Shown here one piece after another: positions 28,862-38,453 of a DNA stretch of 64,000 nt (positions are counted from its first letter, which is position 1; every line of letters starts with the position of its first letter). The stretch is from an uncultured Cryomorphaceae bacterium (GTDB lineage Bacteria > Bacteroidota > Bacteroidia > Flavobacteriales > Schleiferiaceae). The notes beneath the pieces were generated by a model. That model was not told where the DNA came from, did no database searches, and worked only from the letters and a program-made list of their open reading frames with translations. The DNA lies in assembly GCA_913009655.1 (NCBI GenBank), contig CAJVWI010000007.1, positions 3,682 to 67,681 of the forward strand, written 5' to 3'. A program made the translations under genes and the position numbers.

Positions 28862-29956
28862 ATGAAATTTGGAGTTGCATTTAAAATAAATTTCCTTTTT
28901 TATTTTCTTTTGTCTGGTCCATTGTATTCGCAATTCTCACTTAGATCTTCTTTTTCCACACTTGAAAATTTTGGTTCAGCAAGATTATTAGCTCTCGGTT
29001 CAATTTCAGCGGCTCACCCTGGTGATGTTTCATTTTCAGCCCTAAATCCTGCAAGTCTTAGTGAAGATCAAATTGATGAGTGGTCTATAACGTCTCAGGC
29101 TTCAATTGGGGGTCTTCGTCAAGGCTCATTGACTGTTGGTGTGCCCTTTCCTAAAAAACTATTGAAGATTAAAACTAATGAGAATAGAATATTAAATGCT
29201 CAAAAAGGAGGAATTAATTTAAATCCTACAGATATTTTCGTTTCTCTGGGGGTAGACTATATCTATAGTGGACTGCTTGAGCAAAGGGATGGGGTGGGGG
29301 AACTAGTAGGTTCGTTTTCAGCGAGAGAAGTCATGCCGAGAATGGCATTTAATGCTAAATACGGTCAATTTTCATTTGGATTAGGTATTAAAATCCCTAT
29401 TATTTCATACGGTGCTTTTACTGCACAGGCAATATCTACAGATTATGCTTTTCAATGGTCTGGTGATTCAACAAGAAAGCAAGTTGTTGTTTTACTGCGA
29501 AATGTGGGATGGAATTTTGAATATTTTTCTCAGCAGAGTGAAAGACTTCCAATAAATCTTCAGGTTTCATTTAGTCAAAAATTGAAGCATGCTCCCTTTC
29601 GATATAATATAAGCTATAGTAATATACAGAGATGGGATTTGAAATATTTAGATCCTCAACTATTGGTAAAAGACCCACTTACCGGTGTAGTTTCTTACAC
29701 TAGTCTTCCATGGTACAATAATTTATTTCGTCATATCACACCAAGTGTTGAGGCTCAGTTGGGAGGAAGATTATACTTGCAGTTTGGTTATGATTTCCGT
29801 CGTCAAATGGAGAATCGTTTGACAACAAGAAGAGTAAGTGCGGGAGTCAGTACTGGTATTACTTTTAAAACTGGAAAAAATAATTTTCAGTTTGGCAGCT
29901 CTTTGTACAATGTTGCTGGGCGCGTCAATCAATTCTCGCTAATTAGAAAGTTCTAA
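28862..29956 (+). CDS. porQ: PorQ-like type IX secretion system outer-membrane beta-barrel protein
   Basis: 364 aa with a signal peptide, beta-barrel-like alternation and a C-terminal Phe (..SLIRKF). Its position between lon and cmk matches what I recall for flavobacterial porQ. Not verified by search. Confidence 0.5.
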   Translation: MKFGVAFKINFLFYFLLSGPLYSQFSLRSSFSTLENFGSARLLALGSISAAHPGDVSFSALNPASLSEDQIDEWSITSQASIGGLRQGSLTVGVPFPKKLLKIKTNENRILNAQKGGINLNPTDIFVSLGVDYIYSGLLEQRDGVGELVGSFSAREVMPRMAFNAKYGQFSFGLGIKIPIISYGAFTAQAISTDYAFQWSGDSTRKQVVVLLRNVGWNFEYFSQQSERLPINLQVSFSQKLKHAPFRYNISYSNIQRWDLKYLDPQLLVKDPLTGVVSYTSLPWYNNLFRHITPSVEAQLGGRLYLQFGYDFRRQMENRLTTRRVSAGVSTGITFKTGKNNFQFGSSLYNVAGRVNQFSLIRKF

Positions 29957-29966
29957 GTATACAATT

Positions 29967-30650
29967 ATGGTTATTGCAATTGACGGTTATTCATCAACGG
30001 GCAAAAGCTCACTCGCAAAAAGGCTGGCGAATCAGTTCAGGTTTCTATATGTTGATACAGGAGCAATGTACAGAATGGTTGCTCTTAAAGCGCTCAGGGA
30101 AGGTTGGATAAACAGCAAAAATGAAATTAATTATAAATTGCTTGAGAAAAACTTACCATCATTAAATATTGGTTTTAGGCGAAGTTCAGATGGTAAAAAC
30201 ATGGCTTTCTTGGATGGTGAAATCGTTGAAAAAGATATTAGAACAATGGAAATTAATGATATAGTTTCCAAAATATCAAGTTTGTCAATAGTTAGATCTC
30301 AATTAGTAGCTCAACAACAAAAAATCGCTGTTGGTAAAGACTTAGTTATGGATGGTCGTGATATTGGTACTGTAGTATTTCCAAATGCTGATTTAAAAAT
30401 ATTTATGCAGGCTGAAGCTGATATTCGGACTGACCGACGACTTTTAGAACTTAGATCTAATGGAAATCTTAATGTCTCTTTTGAAGAAGTAAAGGCTAAT
30501 TTAATTCAAAGGGACCTTGATGACCAGGCTAGGAGTGACTCCCCCCTTCAAAAAGCTTCAGATGCAGTTGTTCTGGATAACTCAGAAAAGAGTGCAGAAG
30601 AAGTTTTCAAATTAGTTTCTTCGTGGGTTTTAGAAAAAATAAATGCTTAG
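29967..30650 (+). CDS. cmk: (d)CMP kinase
   Basis: 227 aa. P-loop IAIDGYSSTGKSSLAK and motif GRDIGTVVFP. Confidence 0.94.
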   Translation: MVIAIDGYSSTGKSSLAKRLANQFRFLYVDTGAMYRMVALKALREGWINSKNEINYKLLEKNLPSLNIGFRRSSDGKNMAFLDGEIVEKDIRTMEINDIVSKISSLSIVRSQLVAQQQKIAVGKDLVMDGRDIGTVVFPNADLKIFMQAEADIRTDRRLLELRSNGNLNVSFEEVKANLIQRDLDDQARSDSPLQKASDAVVLDNSEKSAEEVFKLVSSWVLEKINA

Positions 30651-31306
30651 TTATTTTTAACTCTGGCAATAATAGTTTCTCCTCCTTTAGGCTTATCACC
30701 AATCTTTACGCAAACCTCAGCATCAAGAGGTAAGAAAACATCCATTCTAGAACCGAATCTAATGAACCCAAATTCTTGTCCAGCTTTTAATTGATCATTA
30801 GGACGGCAGTAAATAGCTATTCGTCTCGCTACAGCTCCAGCAATTTGGCGAAATAATATAGGTCCTGTTGCACCGTTCTCCATGACAACTGTAGTTCTTT
30901 CATTCAATAGGGATGACTTCGGATGCCAAGCAACCAGATACTTTCCTCTGTGATATTTAGTGTAGGTTACATTTCCAGTTATCGGTACTCTATTGACATG
31001 AACATTTAATGGTGACATAAATATGGAGATCATTTTCCGTTTGTCATTCAAATATTCGGTTTCTTCAACTTCTTCAATAAGCACTACTTTACCATCAGCA
31101 GGTGCGACAATTTCTCCATCTTTAGAATTTGTCACCCTTTTAGGGTTCCTAAAAAACTGAAGAACAAGCAGGTATATAATTATTGCGAATCCTAAATAGA
31201 ATTGAATAATCCAACCTTGAGAAGCTAACCGTTGGATGCCAATATATATTAAACATAATAGAATTAAAGTTATAAAAAGTGGTATGCGCCCTTCTCGATG
31301 AATCAT
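30647..31306 (-). CDS. psd: phosphatidylserine decarboxylase proenzyme
   Basis: 219 aa with an N-terminal TM pair and the self-cleavage region FIRFGSRMDV. Confidence 0.85.
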   Translation of the reverse strand: MIHREGRIPLFITLILLCLIYIGIQRLASQGWIIQFYLGFAIIIYLLVLQFFRNPKRVTNSKDGEIVAPADGKVVLIEEVEETEYLNDKRKMISIFMSPLNVHVNRVPITGNVTYTKYHRGKYLVAWHPKSSLLNERTTVVMENGATGPILFRQIAGAVARRIAIYCRPNDQLKAGQEFGFIRFGSRMDVFLPLDAEVCVKIGDKPKGGETIIARVKNN

Positions 31307-31956
31307 GGAATTAATATATAAGATTGAAATATGGCAACAACAATAACGGAAAAAAGAAAACTATCAAAACGATCAAGAAATCCACCGTGCCCGGGAAGAA
31401 ATATACCAGAATCTTTAACTTTAGCCAATCTTTTAAATTTGGAACCTATCAAGTCACCAATTGGTGCCACTATTCCAATTGTCAATGGAAGGGCCCATGA
31501 AATGCGTTGCCAAGATTTAATTGATTGAAATTCTGAAAAAGGATCTATTTCGACTAGACCGAGCAGACCTATAAAAAAAGTAAATAGAAAACCAATAATT
31601 GCACCTTCCCATGTCTTTTTAGGCGATAACTCAATAGCTAAGGGTGTTTTGCCCAGAAATTTCCCACCTAGATAGGCCATGGAGTCACTAATCCAAATCA
31701 AAATAAATATGATGAATATTATCGAAGTGTTATTATTACTTGATAATTCTGAAATCGACCATATTGAGCATCCAGAAAGTATCACATAAGATATTCCAGT
31801 TAACTTTTCCAGTGTCTTCAATTTTTTCATTCGTATAAATTCCAAACAAATGCTGATTAGGGGGAAAATAAGAATTAACGGTGACCAAGTTTCTGCATTG
31901 CAAATCCAAAAAATTGCCAGAGCATAAATAGTGCCCCAAAATATTCGTTTGGTCAT
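31303..31956 (-). CDS. cdsA: phosphatidate cytidylyltransferase
   Basis: 217 aa polytopic membrane protein. CTP-transferase signature KRLAKVKDSGIFLPGHGGFLDRFDS. Confidence 0.85.
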   Translation of the reverse strand: MTKRIFWGTIYALAIFWICNAETWSPLILIFPLISICLEFIRMKKLKTLEKLTGISYVILSGCSIWSISELSSNNNTSIIFIIFILIWISDSMAYLGGKFLGKTPLAIELSPKKTWEGAIIGFLFTFFIGLLGLVEIDPFSEFQSIKSWQRISWALPLTIGIVAPIGDLIGSKFKRLAKVKDSGIFLPGHGGFLDRFDSFLFSVIVVAIFQSYILIP

Positions 31957-32585
31957 TTTATTTCAGGAAAAAGATGATCTTCAATAAGAAAAAAATAAAG
32001 TTGTCGGCCTTTATTCGGGTCAACTTTAGCTTGCATAACACTTTCATCCATCTTCCCTTTTAAGGTAATTATGGCCCTGGGTCTTTGATTCCTATGAGAT
32101 TTATTTATAGCTGCCATTCCATCAGATAATGAATTTACAACTTGCGAGACTTTAGCAAAAACTAAATGAATAGAGGGTAATTGAGCGAACTTAAGTCCAG
32201 AGGTCTGAATATCTGAAATCATAATTCCTCCTGTTTGGGCAATTGCAGCATGGCATGTTGATGCCATGGCATTGGCGTCTAATGGATTGTTTTTTGCAAT
32301 CGTAAGTCCGGATTCTTCGAACCAGGTTGTGAGGAGCATCTCAGGCAAGAAAAAATGTGACTCTCCACACTCCGAGGCAGCACCCTTTAAAGTATTAATA
32401 ATTTCTTTTTTACTTCCGCAGTAAACAAAATAGCCACCACCATCAGTAAATCTTTTTACAAAGGATAAGTCCACAGGGTCTTCGCCGGAAGACATAAAGT
32501 GCTTTGATGAATTGTTTGATTCCTCCACACTGTGTTCAGGTGCGCCACTTAAAATTGAAAAAATTTTTCCGAAGAGTCCAGCCAT
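31953..32585 (-). CDS. LUD (LutC/YkgG-like) domain protein
   Basis: ORF track gives 31953..32591 with a TTG start; I use ATG 32585. The size and its position between ftsH and cdsA match the LUD-domain proteins of Bacteroidota. Assigned from memory. Confidence 0.55.
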   Translation of the reverse strand: MAGLFGKIFSILSGAPEHSVEESNNSSKHFMSSGEDPVDLSFVKRFTDGGGYFVYCGSKKEIINTLKGAASECGESHFFLPEMLLTTWFEESGLTIAKNNPLDANAMASTCHAAIAQTGGIMISDIQTSGLKFAQLPSIHLVFAKVSQVVNSLSDGMAAINKSHRNQRPRAIITLKGKMDESVMQAKVDPNKGRQLYFFLIEDHLFPEIK

Positions 32586-32615
32586 TGTCAAGAATTCTTC
32601 TGAAATTAATAAATC

Positions 32616-34679
32616 TTAATCGTTTTCCTTCTGTTCATCTGAAATCAATTCTGATTCTTTAGTGTTATTTCCTTTTTTACTAGTTTTTTTCTTGGAACTA
32701 GCATCAATTTCAGCCTCTGCATTTAAAGAGGCTTGCAATTTCTCTTCAGCTGTTAACCATTGTCTCTTTCCGAAGATAGTCTCTAGATTTTCTTTAAAAA
32801 TAACTTCCTTTTTCAACAACTCTTCAGCGAGACTGGTAAGCTTATCTTTATTTTCCCTAAGTATTTTTTTTGCTCTTTCATATTGAATTTCAATTAGTTT
32901 TGAAATTTCTTCGTCAATTATTTGAGCTGTGTTCTCACTGTATGGTTTGTCAAATTGATATTCATTTTGTCCTGACGAGTCATAGTATGTAACATTGCCG
33001 ATAACGTTATTTAAACCATATACTGTCACTATTGCTCTCGCTTGCTTTGTGACTTTCTCGAGATCGCTTAGAGCTCCAGTAGTTATCTGATTGAAAATAA
33101 CCTCTTCAGCTGCCCTGCCTCCCATGGTAGCGCACATTTCGTCAAGAAGTTGATTTGTTGAGTTTAATTGTCTTTCTTCTGGCAAATACCATGCGGCTCC
33201 TAAGGATCTTCCTCTTGGAACGATGGTAACTTTAACAAGCGGAGAGGCGTGTTCTAAAAGCCAACTAACCGTTGCATGCCCCGCTTCATGAAAAGCAATG
33301 ATTTTCTTTTCTTCTGCAGTTATGATCTTACTTTTTTTCTCCATACCACCTATAATTCTGTCTACAGCGTCAAGAAAATCCTGTTTTTCAACTTTCTTTT
33401 TATTTTTTCTAGCCGCTACGAGCGCAGCTTCATTGCAGACATTAGCAATGTCTGCTCCTGAGAAACCTGGAGTTTGCCGTGCTAAAAATTGAACGTCTAA
33501 ATTTTTAGCATGTTTTAGCGGCTTTAAGTGTACATCAAAAATCTCTTTTCTTTCTTTAAACTCAGGCAAATCGACGTATACGACTCGATCGAATCTTCCA
33601 GCCCTCATTAGTGCACGATCTAATATATCAGCTCTATTAGTGGCTCCCATAACAATAACGTGCTCATTAGTTCCAAAGCCGTCCATTTCTGTTAAAAGTT
33701 GATTTAGAGTGTTTTCTCTTTCGTCATTTCCTCCATTCATAGCTGATTTCCCTCTAGCCCTACCAATAGCATCGATTTCATCTATGAAAATTATGCTGGG
33801 TGATTTTTCTTTAGCTTGTTTGAATAAGTCTCTTACACGACTAGCTCCTACCCCAACAAACATTTCCACAAAATCAGAACCGCTTAAAGAAAAGAAAGGA
33901 ACTTTAGCTTCTCCCGCTACAGCTTTTGCTATTAATGTTTTACCGGTTCCTGGAGGTCCTGAAAGCAGAACTCCTTTAGGAATTTTCCCCCCTAAGTCAG
34001 TATATTTTTTAGGATTCTTTAAAAAGTCAACGACCTCGAGAACCTCTTCTTTTGCTCCCTCCATGCCTGCTACGTTTTTAAAAGTTACGCGGACTTCGGC
34101 ATCGGCATCAAAGATTTGAGCCTTAGATTTTCCAATGTTGAATATTTGAGAACCAGGACCTCCTCCTGCTCCTCCACCCATTCGGCGCATCATAAAAAAC
34201 CAAAAGAAAGCAATTAGTGCAAACGGAACTATCCAAGATAGTATTTCTGTCCAATAATTTGTTTGCGATCTATGTTGAATATTTAACTCCCCAAAGCGAT
34301 TTTTTACCTCCGGATTGTCATCATAATAGCGCCATATTTTTTCTTCAAAGTTGTCACCTGCAGTAAACTTATAATGTGGCCCCGGGTTCGGTGAATCGCC
34401 AATTGCAGTTTTCGCTAAGTCTTTATATTGATCATTCTTGGCAAGGGTATCTTTATTTATGTATACCAGGATTTGGCCTTTATTGATTACTTCTACTTTT
34501 GAAACATGGCCTTTACCTATTTTTTGAGTCAATTCACTAAAGTCTGACTCAATAGTTTGACCCGAATAATTGCTAGAAAAAAACTGCAAAGCAAGAAGGG
34601 CTACAAATATTGAGAGGTAGATCCAACTAAGGCCAAATTTTGGTAATTTACCTTTTTTCTTTATTTCCTTTTTACTCAT
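32616..34679 (-). CDS. ftsH: ATP-dependent zinc metalloprotease FtsH
   Basis: 687 aa. Walker [19 protein letters not shown], Walker [13 protein letters not shown] region, and the zinc motif HEAGHA. Confidence 0.97.
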   Translation of the reverse strand: MSKKEIKKKGKLPKFGLSWIYLSIFVALLALQFFSSNYSGQTIESDFSELTQKIGKGHVSKVEVINKGQILVYINKDTLAKNDQYKDLAKTAIGDSPNPGPHYKFTAGDNFEEKIWRYYDDNPEVKNRFGELNIQHRSQTNYWTEILSWIVPFALIAFFWFFMMRRMGGGAGGGPGSQIFNIGKSKAQIFDADAEVRVTFKNVAGMEGAKEEVLEVVDFLKNPKKYTDLGGKIPKGVLLSGPPGTGKTLIAKAVAGEAKVPFFSLSGSDFVEMFVGVGASRVRDLFKQAKEKSPSIIFIDEIDAIGRARGKSAMNGGNDERENTLNQLLTEMDGFGTNEHVIVMGATNRADILDRALMRAGRFDRVVYVDLPEFKERKEIFDVHLKPLKHAKNLDVQFLARQTPGFSGADIANVCNEAALVAARKNKKKVEKQDFLDAVDRIIGGMEKKSKIITAEEKKIIAFHEAGHATVSWLLEHASPLVKVTIVPRGRSLGAAWYLPEERQLNSTNQLLDEMCATMGGRAAEEVIFNQITTGALSDLEKVTKQARAIVTVYGLNNVIGNVTYYDSSGQNEYQFDKPYSENTAQIIDEEISKLIEIQYERAKKILRENKDKLTSLAEELLKKEVIFKENLETIFGKRQWLTAEEKLQASLNAEAEIDASSKKKTSKKGNNTKESELISDEQKEND

Positions 34680-34695
34680 AACGTTTTAAATAACA

Positions 34696-35052
34696 TTAGT
34701 CTTTAATTTTGCTTATATCAGCGCTTTCCCATAAGCCCTCGATATCATAAAATTTTCTGGATTCTGATTGGAAAACATGAACCACAATGTTAATGTAATC
34801 CATTAAAATCCATTCGCTTTGCTCAGTTCCTTCTATGTGCCAAGCACGTTCATCGCACTGCTGTCTTATTCGTTTTTCAATGCTCCCGCTAATGGCTGAA
34901 ACTTGTGTTGTTGATTGCGCCTCGGTAATTATAAAATAATCACAAACTGCGTTTTCAAGTTTACGGAGATCCATTACTATGGTTTTCTCACCTTTTACTT
35001 CTGAAATTCCTTCTAGAGCTTCGAGAACAATTGCTGGATATACATTTTTCAT
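34696..35052 (-). CDS. rsfS: ribosome silencing factor
   Basis: ORF track gives 34696..35088 with a TTG start; I use ATG 35052. Motifs DYFIITEAQSTTQ and DYINIVVHVF are typical of RsfS/iojap. Confidence 0.85.
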   Translation of the reverse strand: MKNVYPAIVLEALEGISEVKGEKTIVMDLRKLENAVCDYFIITEAQSTTQVSAISGSIEKRIRQQCDERAWHIEGTEQSEWILMDYINIVVHVFQSESRKFYDIEGLWESADISKIKD

Positions 35053-35162
35053 GTAGAAATTTAAAATACGTACTTTAATACGCGTCAAACCAACGCAACA
35101 AAGATGCCATCATTACTATTAAGAACACTTGCATAGTCAAATTAATTTAAATTTAAACAAAA

Positions 35163-35864
35163 GTGGAGATTAAGTACCACCATTTCAGTTATATAGACTC
35201 TACAAACGCATTTGCTAAAAGAGAATCAAAACGTTTTTCAGATGATTACTGGACTGCCATTACGGCAGACACACAAACCGATGGGCGTGGTCAGAATGAC
35301 ACAGATTGGATTGATTTTCCGAAAGGTTCGCTGCTGATGACGATTATCAGTCCAAACATTAAATGGGATAATTCTAAAATAATGAATGCACATATGTCGG
35401 CATCTTTAGGCATAAAGAATTTTTTAGTTGACAATGGATTTGATGCTAAATTAAAATGGCCCAATGATATTTATATTGGGTCAGGAAAAGTCGCAGGAAT
35501 CTTATCAGAAGCAATTTGGCAAGGAAGTTTTTGCAATCGCTTTTTTTTCGGCTTAGGAATGAACATAAGAAACGCACCCGAGGGCTGTTCATTTTTAGGT
35601 TCTAAATATCTACCAGAAGAATACAGAATCCCATTGGCAGAGTTAATAGTTAAGCAAATCATTCCAGAAAGTCAAGATGTACGAACCATTTATGAAAAAA
35701 GTTTATTTCATTGGAATATAATTTGTGACTGGGAGGATTTGTCTACAGGTGAGTTATTCAAGGCAAGAACTACAAGAGTTTGTAAAGATGGTCGTTTGGA
35801 ACTTACCTTAATTTCTGGGGAAGTTCGAATTTTCGCAAACAAAGAAGTGAAGATTTTAACTTAA
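35163..35864 (+). CDS. birA: biotin--[acetyl-CoA-carboxylase] ligase (no N-terminal HTH)
   Basis: 233 aa with a GTG start. Motifs YIDSTN, QTDGRGQNDTDW and KWPNDIYIGSGKVAGIL. Confidence 0.8.
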   Translation: MEIKYHHFSYIDSTNAFAKRESKRFSDDYWTAITADTQTDGRGQNDTDWIDFPKGSLLMTIISPNIKWDNSKIMNAHMSASLGIKNFLVDNGFDAKLKWPNDIYIGSGKVAGILSEAIWQGSFCNRFFFGLGMNIRNAPEGCSFLGSKYLPEEYRIPLAELIVKQIIPESQDVRTIYEKSLFHWNIICDWEDLSTGELFKARTTRVCKDGRLELTLISGEVRIFANKEVKILT

Positions 35865-35880
35865 AAAATCAAAGTCTGAT

Positions 35881-36537
35881 TTAGGCTTTTAAATTTAATC
35901 CATTCCATGTTTTAGGATTTTCTCTCCAGCTCTCGAGGGCAGAAATCTCATGGGAATTAAAAGATTTGCTGTCTTTAAGACTTGATATTAGATGGCTGTA
36001 ATCACTTATTGTGATTAGATCACATTCTTTCTTTAGAAAGGCAACTTTGGCTATGTCGAAGCCATAAGTGAATATTGCCGACATCCCTAAGACCTCTCCT
36101 TTTGATTCGATAACTGACTGAAAAGCCTTTAATGAGCTCATTCCGGTTGAAATCAGATCCTCAACAATAACAACTTTTTGCCCATTTTTCAATCTGCCTT
36201 CAATAAGGTTCTGTCTTCCATGCCCTTTAGCTGATGGCCTTACATAAATCATTGGTAAATCTAATTGATGAGCTACAAGGGCGGCGATTCCAATCGCTCC
36301 TGTCGCGACCCCGGCAATGACCTGAACATCGGGAAACTTTTCTTTAATTTGAAAAGATAAATTTTCTTGAACAAAATTTCGCACTTTTGGATTTGAAAGT
36401 ATGATCCTATTATCACAATAAATTGGGGATTTTAATCCAGATGCCCATATGAACGGATTTTTGGGACGTAATTCTATCGCCTTAATTTGCAGTAAGAAAT
36501 TAGCGAGTTTTTTTGCTATTACAGAATCTATTACCAT
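35881..36537 (-). CDS. pyrE: orotate phosphoribosyltransferase
   Basis: ORF track gives 35881..36552 with a TTG start; I use ATG 36537. Motifs FIWASGLKSPIYCDNR and the PRPP loop VVIVEDLISTGMSS. Confidence 0.92.
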   Translation of the reverse strand: MVIDSVIAKKLANFLLQIKAIELRPKNPFIWASGLKSPIYCDNRIILSNPKVRNFVQENLSFQIKEKFPDVQVIAGVATGAIGIAALVAHQLDLPMIYVRPSAKGHGRQNLIEGRLKNGQKVVIVEDLISTGMSSLKAFQSVIESKGEVLGMSAIFTYGFDIAKVAFLKKECDLITISDYSHLISSLKDSKSFNSHEISALESWRENPKTWNGLNLKA

Positions 36538-36955
36538 GTCACAAAAATACAAAATACAAGAGCTTTCTGCTGCAGGTGGTTGGGTTGAAAATGAATTTGG
36601 AGAAGTTCTTTGGATATTTCGACTAGGTATGTGGGATTTGCCTAAAGGAAAATTAGAGCATGATGAGGAACTTCATGAATGTGCCATTCGTGAAGTTCAA
36701 GAAGAATGTGGATTAAGCGAAGTCACTTTATGTCACAAATTAATAGAAACTGTTCATGGATACGAGCTTAAAGGAGTTAGCTTTAAGAAAACTACTCACT
36801 GGTATAGAATGATCGTCAAGGGAAGGCCAGACTTGAATCCTCAATTTGAGGAAGATATAGAATTGGCACTTTGGCTACCTAAAAAAGACTGGTTATCAAA
36901 GCTTGACTCCACCTATCAGACTATCTGTCAAGTTTCAGAAGCTGCTATGAAATAA
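36536..36955 (+). CDS. NUDIX hydrolase
   Basis: ORF track gives 36449..36955. ATG at 36536 gives MSQKYKIQELSAAGGWV, a typical N-terminus. Nudix box GKLEHDEELHECAIREVQEECGL. Confidence 0.8.
   Translation: MSQKYKIQELSAAGGWVENEFGEVLWIFRLGMWDLPKGKLEHDEELHECAIREVQEECGLSEVTLCHKLIETVHGYELKGVSFKKTTHWYRMIVKGRPDLNPQFEEDIELALWLPKKDWLSKLDSTYQTICQVSEAAMK
36542..36549 (-). promoter_or_regulatory. Bacteroidota -7 box (TATTTTTG) for pyrE
   Basis: Exact TAnnTTTG on the minus strand, 4 nt upstream of the pyrE ATG. It lies inside the NUDIX coding sequence. Confidence 0.4.
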
Positions 36956-36964
36956 ATCAGTTCA

Positions 36965-37423
36965 CTATGTTTTTACTGCATCTGGAACAAATTTGTTGAA
37001 TTCTCCATTATTTTTAATCACGTCACGAACCATACTTGAGGAAATAAAGGACAATCCCGCGCTTGTTAAAAAGAATACCGTATCTAGTTTGGGTTCCAGT
37101 TCTCGATTTGCTTGAGCTATTGCTTTTTCAAATTCAAAATCTGCAGGATTTCTGAGTCCACGAAGCAGGAATTTTGCTCCGCACTTTTTGGCAAATTCGA
37201 TCGTGAGCCCATTGTATTTCAAAACTTCTATTTTCGGATACTGAGCAAACGTATTTTTAAGCCATTCAACCCTTTTCGAAAGTGGAAATAAATACTTCTT
37301 ATCAGCGTTTGATCCAACAGCTATAATTACCTTATCAAAAAGAGGTAATGCACGTTCAACGATATTTACATGACCTAGGGTTACTGGATCAAAAGATCCC
37401 GGGAAAATTGCGGTTTTTTCCAT
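36965..37423 (-). CDS. coaD: pantetheine-phosphate adenylyltransferase
   Basis: 152 aa. Motifs AIFPGSFDPVTLGHVNIV and ISSSMVR. Confidence 0.95.
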   Translation of the reverse strand: MEKTAIFPGSFDPVTLGHVNIVERALPLFDKVIIAVGSNADKKYLFPLSKRVEWLKNTFAQYPKIEVLKYNGLTIEFAKKCGAKFLLRGLRNPADFEFEKAIAQANRELEPKLDTVFFLTSAGLSFISSSMVRDVIKNNGEFNKFVPDAVKT

Positions 37424-38402
37424 TTTCTAATACTTCTTCAGCGAGCAAGTTAGTAAATTCTTCAAGTGATAAGTTGATCTTTTTTAGTTGTTTTGGAATA
37501 ATACTTTCAAGAGTCATGCCGGGAACAGTATTGATTTCAATTAATACGGCAGGATTATTTTCAGGAAGTATGAAGTCAAATCTACAAAAGCCCTTTAAGT
37601 TGAGTTTTTTATAAAGGCTTTTAGAAATATTTGATATTTCAAAAGAATTATCTACAGAAATATTTGCAGGGGTTATTTCTTCAGATAGGCCGCTGTATTT
37701 TGACTCGTAATCGAAGAACTCATTTTTTGAAATAATTTCAGTTATTCCAAGAATTTTAATCTCATTTTTTATTTTCATGAGACCACATGCTAATTCAATT
37801 CCTAAAACACCTTCTTCAATTATGATAGAATTATCTTCTTTTGAGGCGATTTTTATAGAGTCATTTAGATTGCCAAGAGATTGAATTTTGGTTATTCCAA
37901 AACTGGAGCCTGCTCTGCTTGGCTTAATAAAAAGCGGTAGTTTAAAATCACTTAATTCTGATTTTAAACTTTTAATATCTGCTTTAGTATCTATTAAAAT
38001 TGCTTTAGGCACTTTAGCTCCCATTCTTGAAACTACTCCATTGGTCCAGGCCTTATGAAATGTTAATGCAGATGGACCTGGTGCCGAACTACTGTATGGA
38101 ATTCCAGCATTTTCCCATTTCATAGCCAATGTACCGTCTTCGCCTGGATGGCCATGAACAAGATTAAATAATAAATCCAGTTTAATATCCTGACCGTTTT
38201 TATTCACAGTCATGTTAGTCTCATTGAATTCAATTTCATTTTTATGTTCATCCCATGCTTTATTACCATTTTGATTGATTTCTAAACCAAATACTTCATA
38301 TTTTTTGCGATCTATCGCATTAAAGATATTATTGCCACTATTAATAGAAACCTGATATTCACTGGAATAACCACCCATTATAATTCCTAAATATTTACGC
38401 AT
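37389..38402 (-). CDS. ddl: D-alanine--D-alanine ligase
   Basis: 337 aa. Motifs GGYSSEYQVSINSG, HGHPGEDGTLAM, CRFDFIL and EINTVPGMT. The 3' end overlaps coaD by 35 nt. Confidence 0.92.
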   Translation of the reverse strand: MRKYLGIIMGGYSSEYQVSINSGNNIFNAIDRKKYEVFGLEINQNGNKAWDEHKNEIEFNETNMTVNKNGQDIKLDLLFNLVHGHPGEDGTLAMKWENAGIPYSSSAPGPSALTFHKAWTNGVVSRMGAKVPKAILIDTKADIKSLKSELSDFKLPLFIKPSRAGSSFGITKIQSLGNLNDSIKIASKEDNSIIIEEGVLGIELACGLMKIKNEIKILGITEIISKNEFFDYESKYSGLSEEITPANISVDNSFEISNISKSLYKKLNLKGFCRFDFILPENNPAVLIEINTVPGMTLESIIPKQLKKINLSLEEFTNLLAEEVLENGKNRNFPGIF

Positions 38403-38406
38403 GCCT

Positions 38407-38414
38407 CAAATATA
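38407..38414 (-). promoter_or_regulatory. Bacteroidota -7 box (TATATTTG) for ddl
   Basis: Exact TAnnTTTG on the minus strand, 4 nt upstream of the ddl ATG. Confidence 0.45.
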
Positions 38415-38437
38415 GCTGAAGGCGCTAACCCTATCGT

Positions 38438-38445
38438 TATTTTTG
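38438..38445 (+). promoter_or_regulatory. Bacteroidota -7 box (TATTTTTG) for the PASTA-domain gene
   Basis: Exact TAnnTTTG, 8 nt upstream of ATG 38454. Confidence 0.45.
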
Positions 38446-38453
38446 TCATAATT

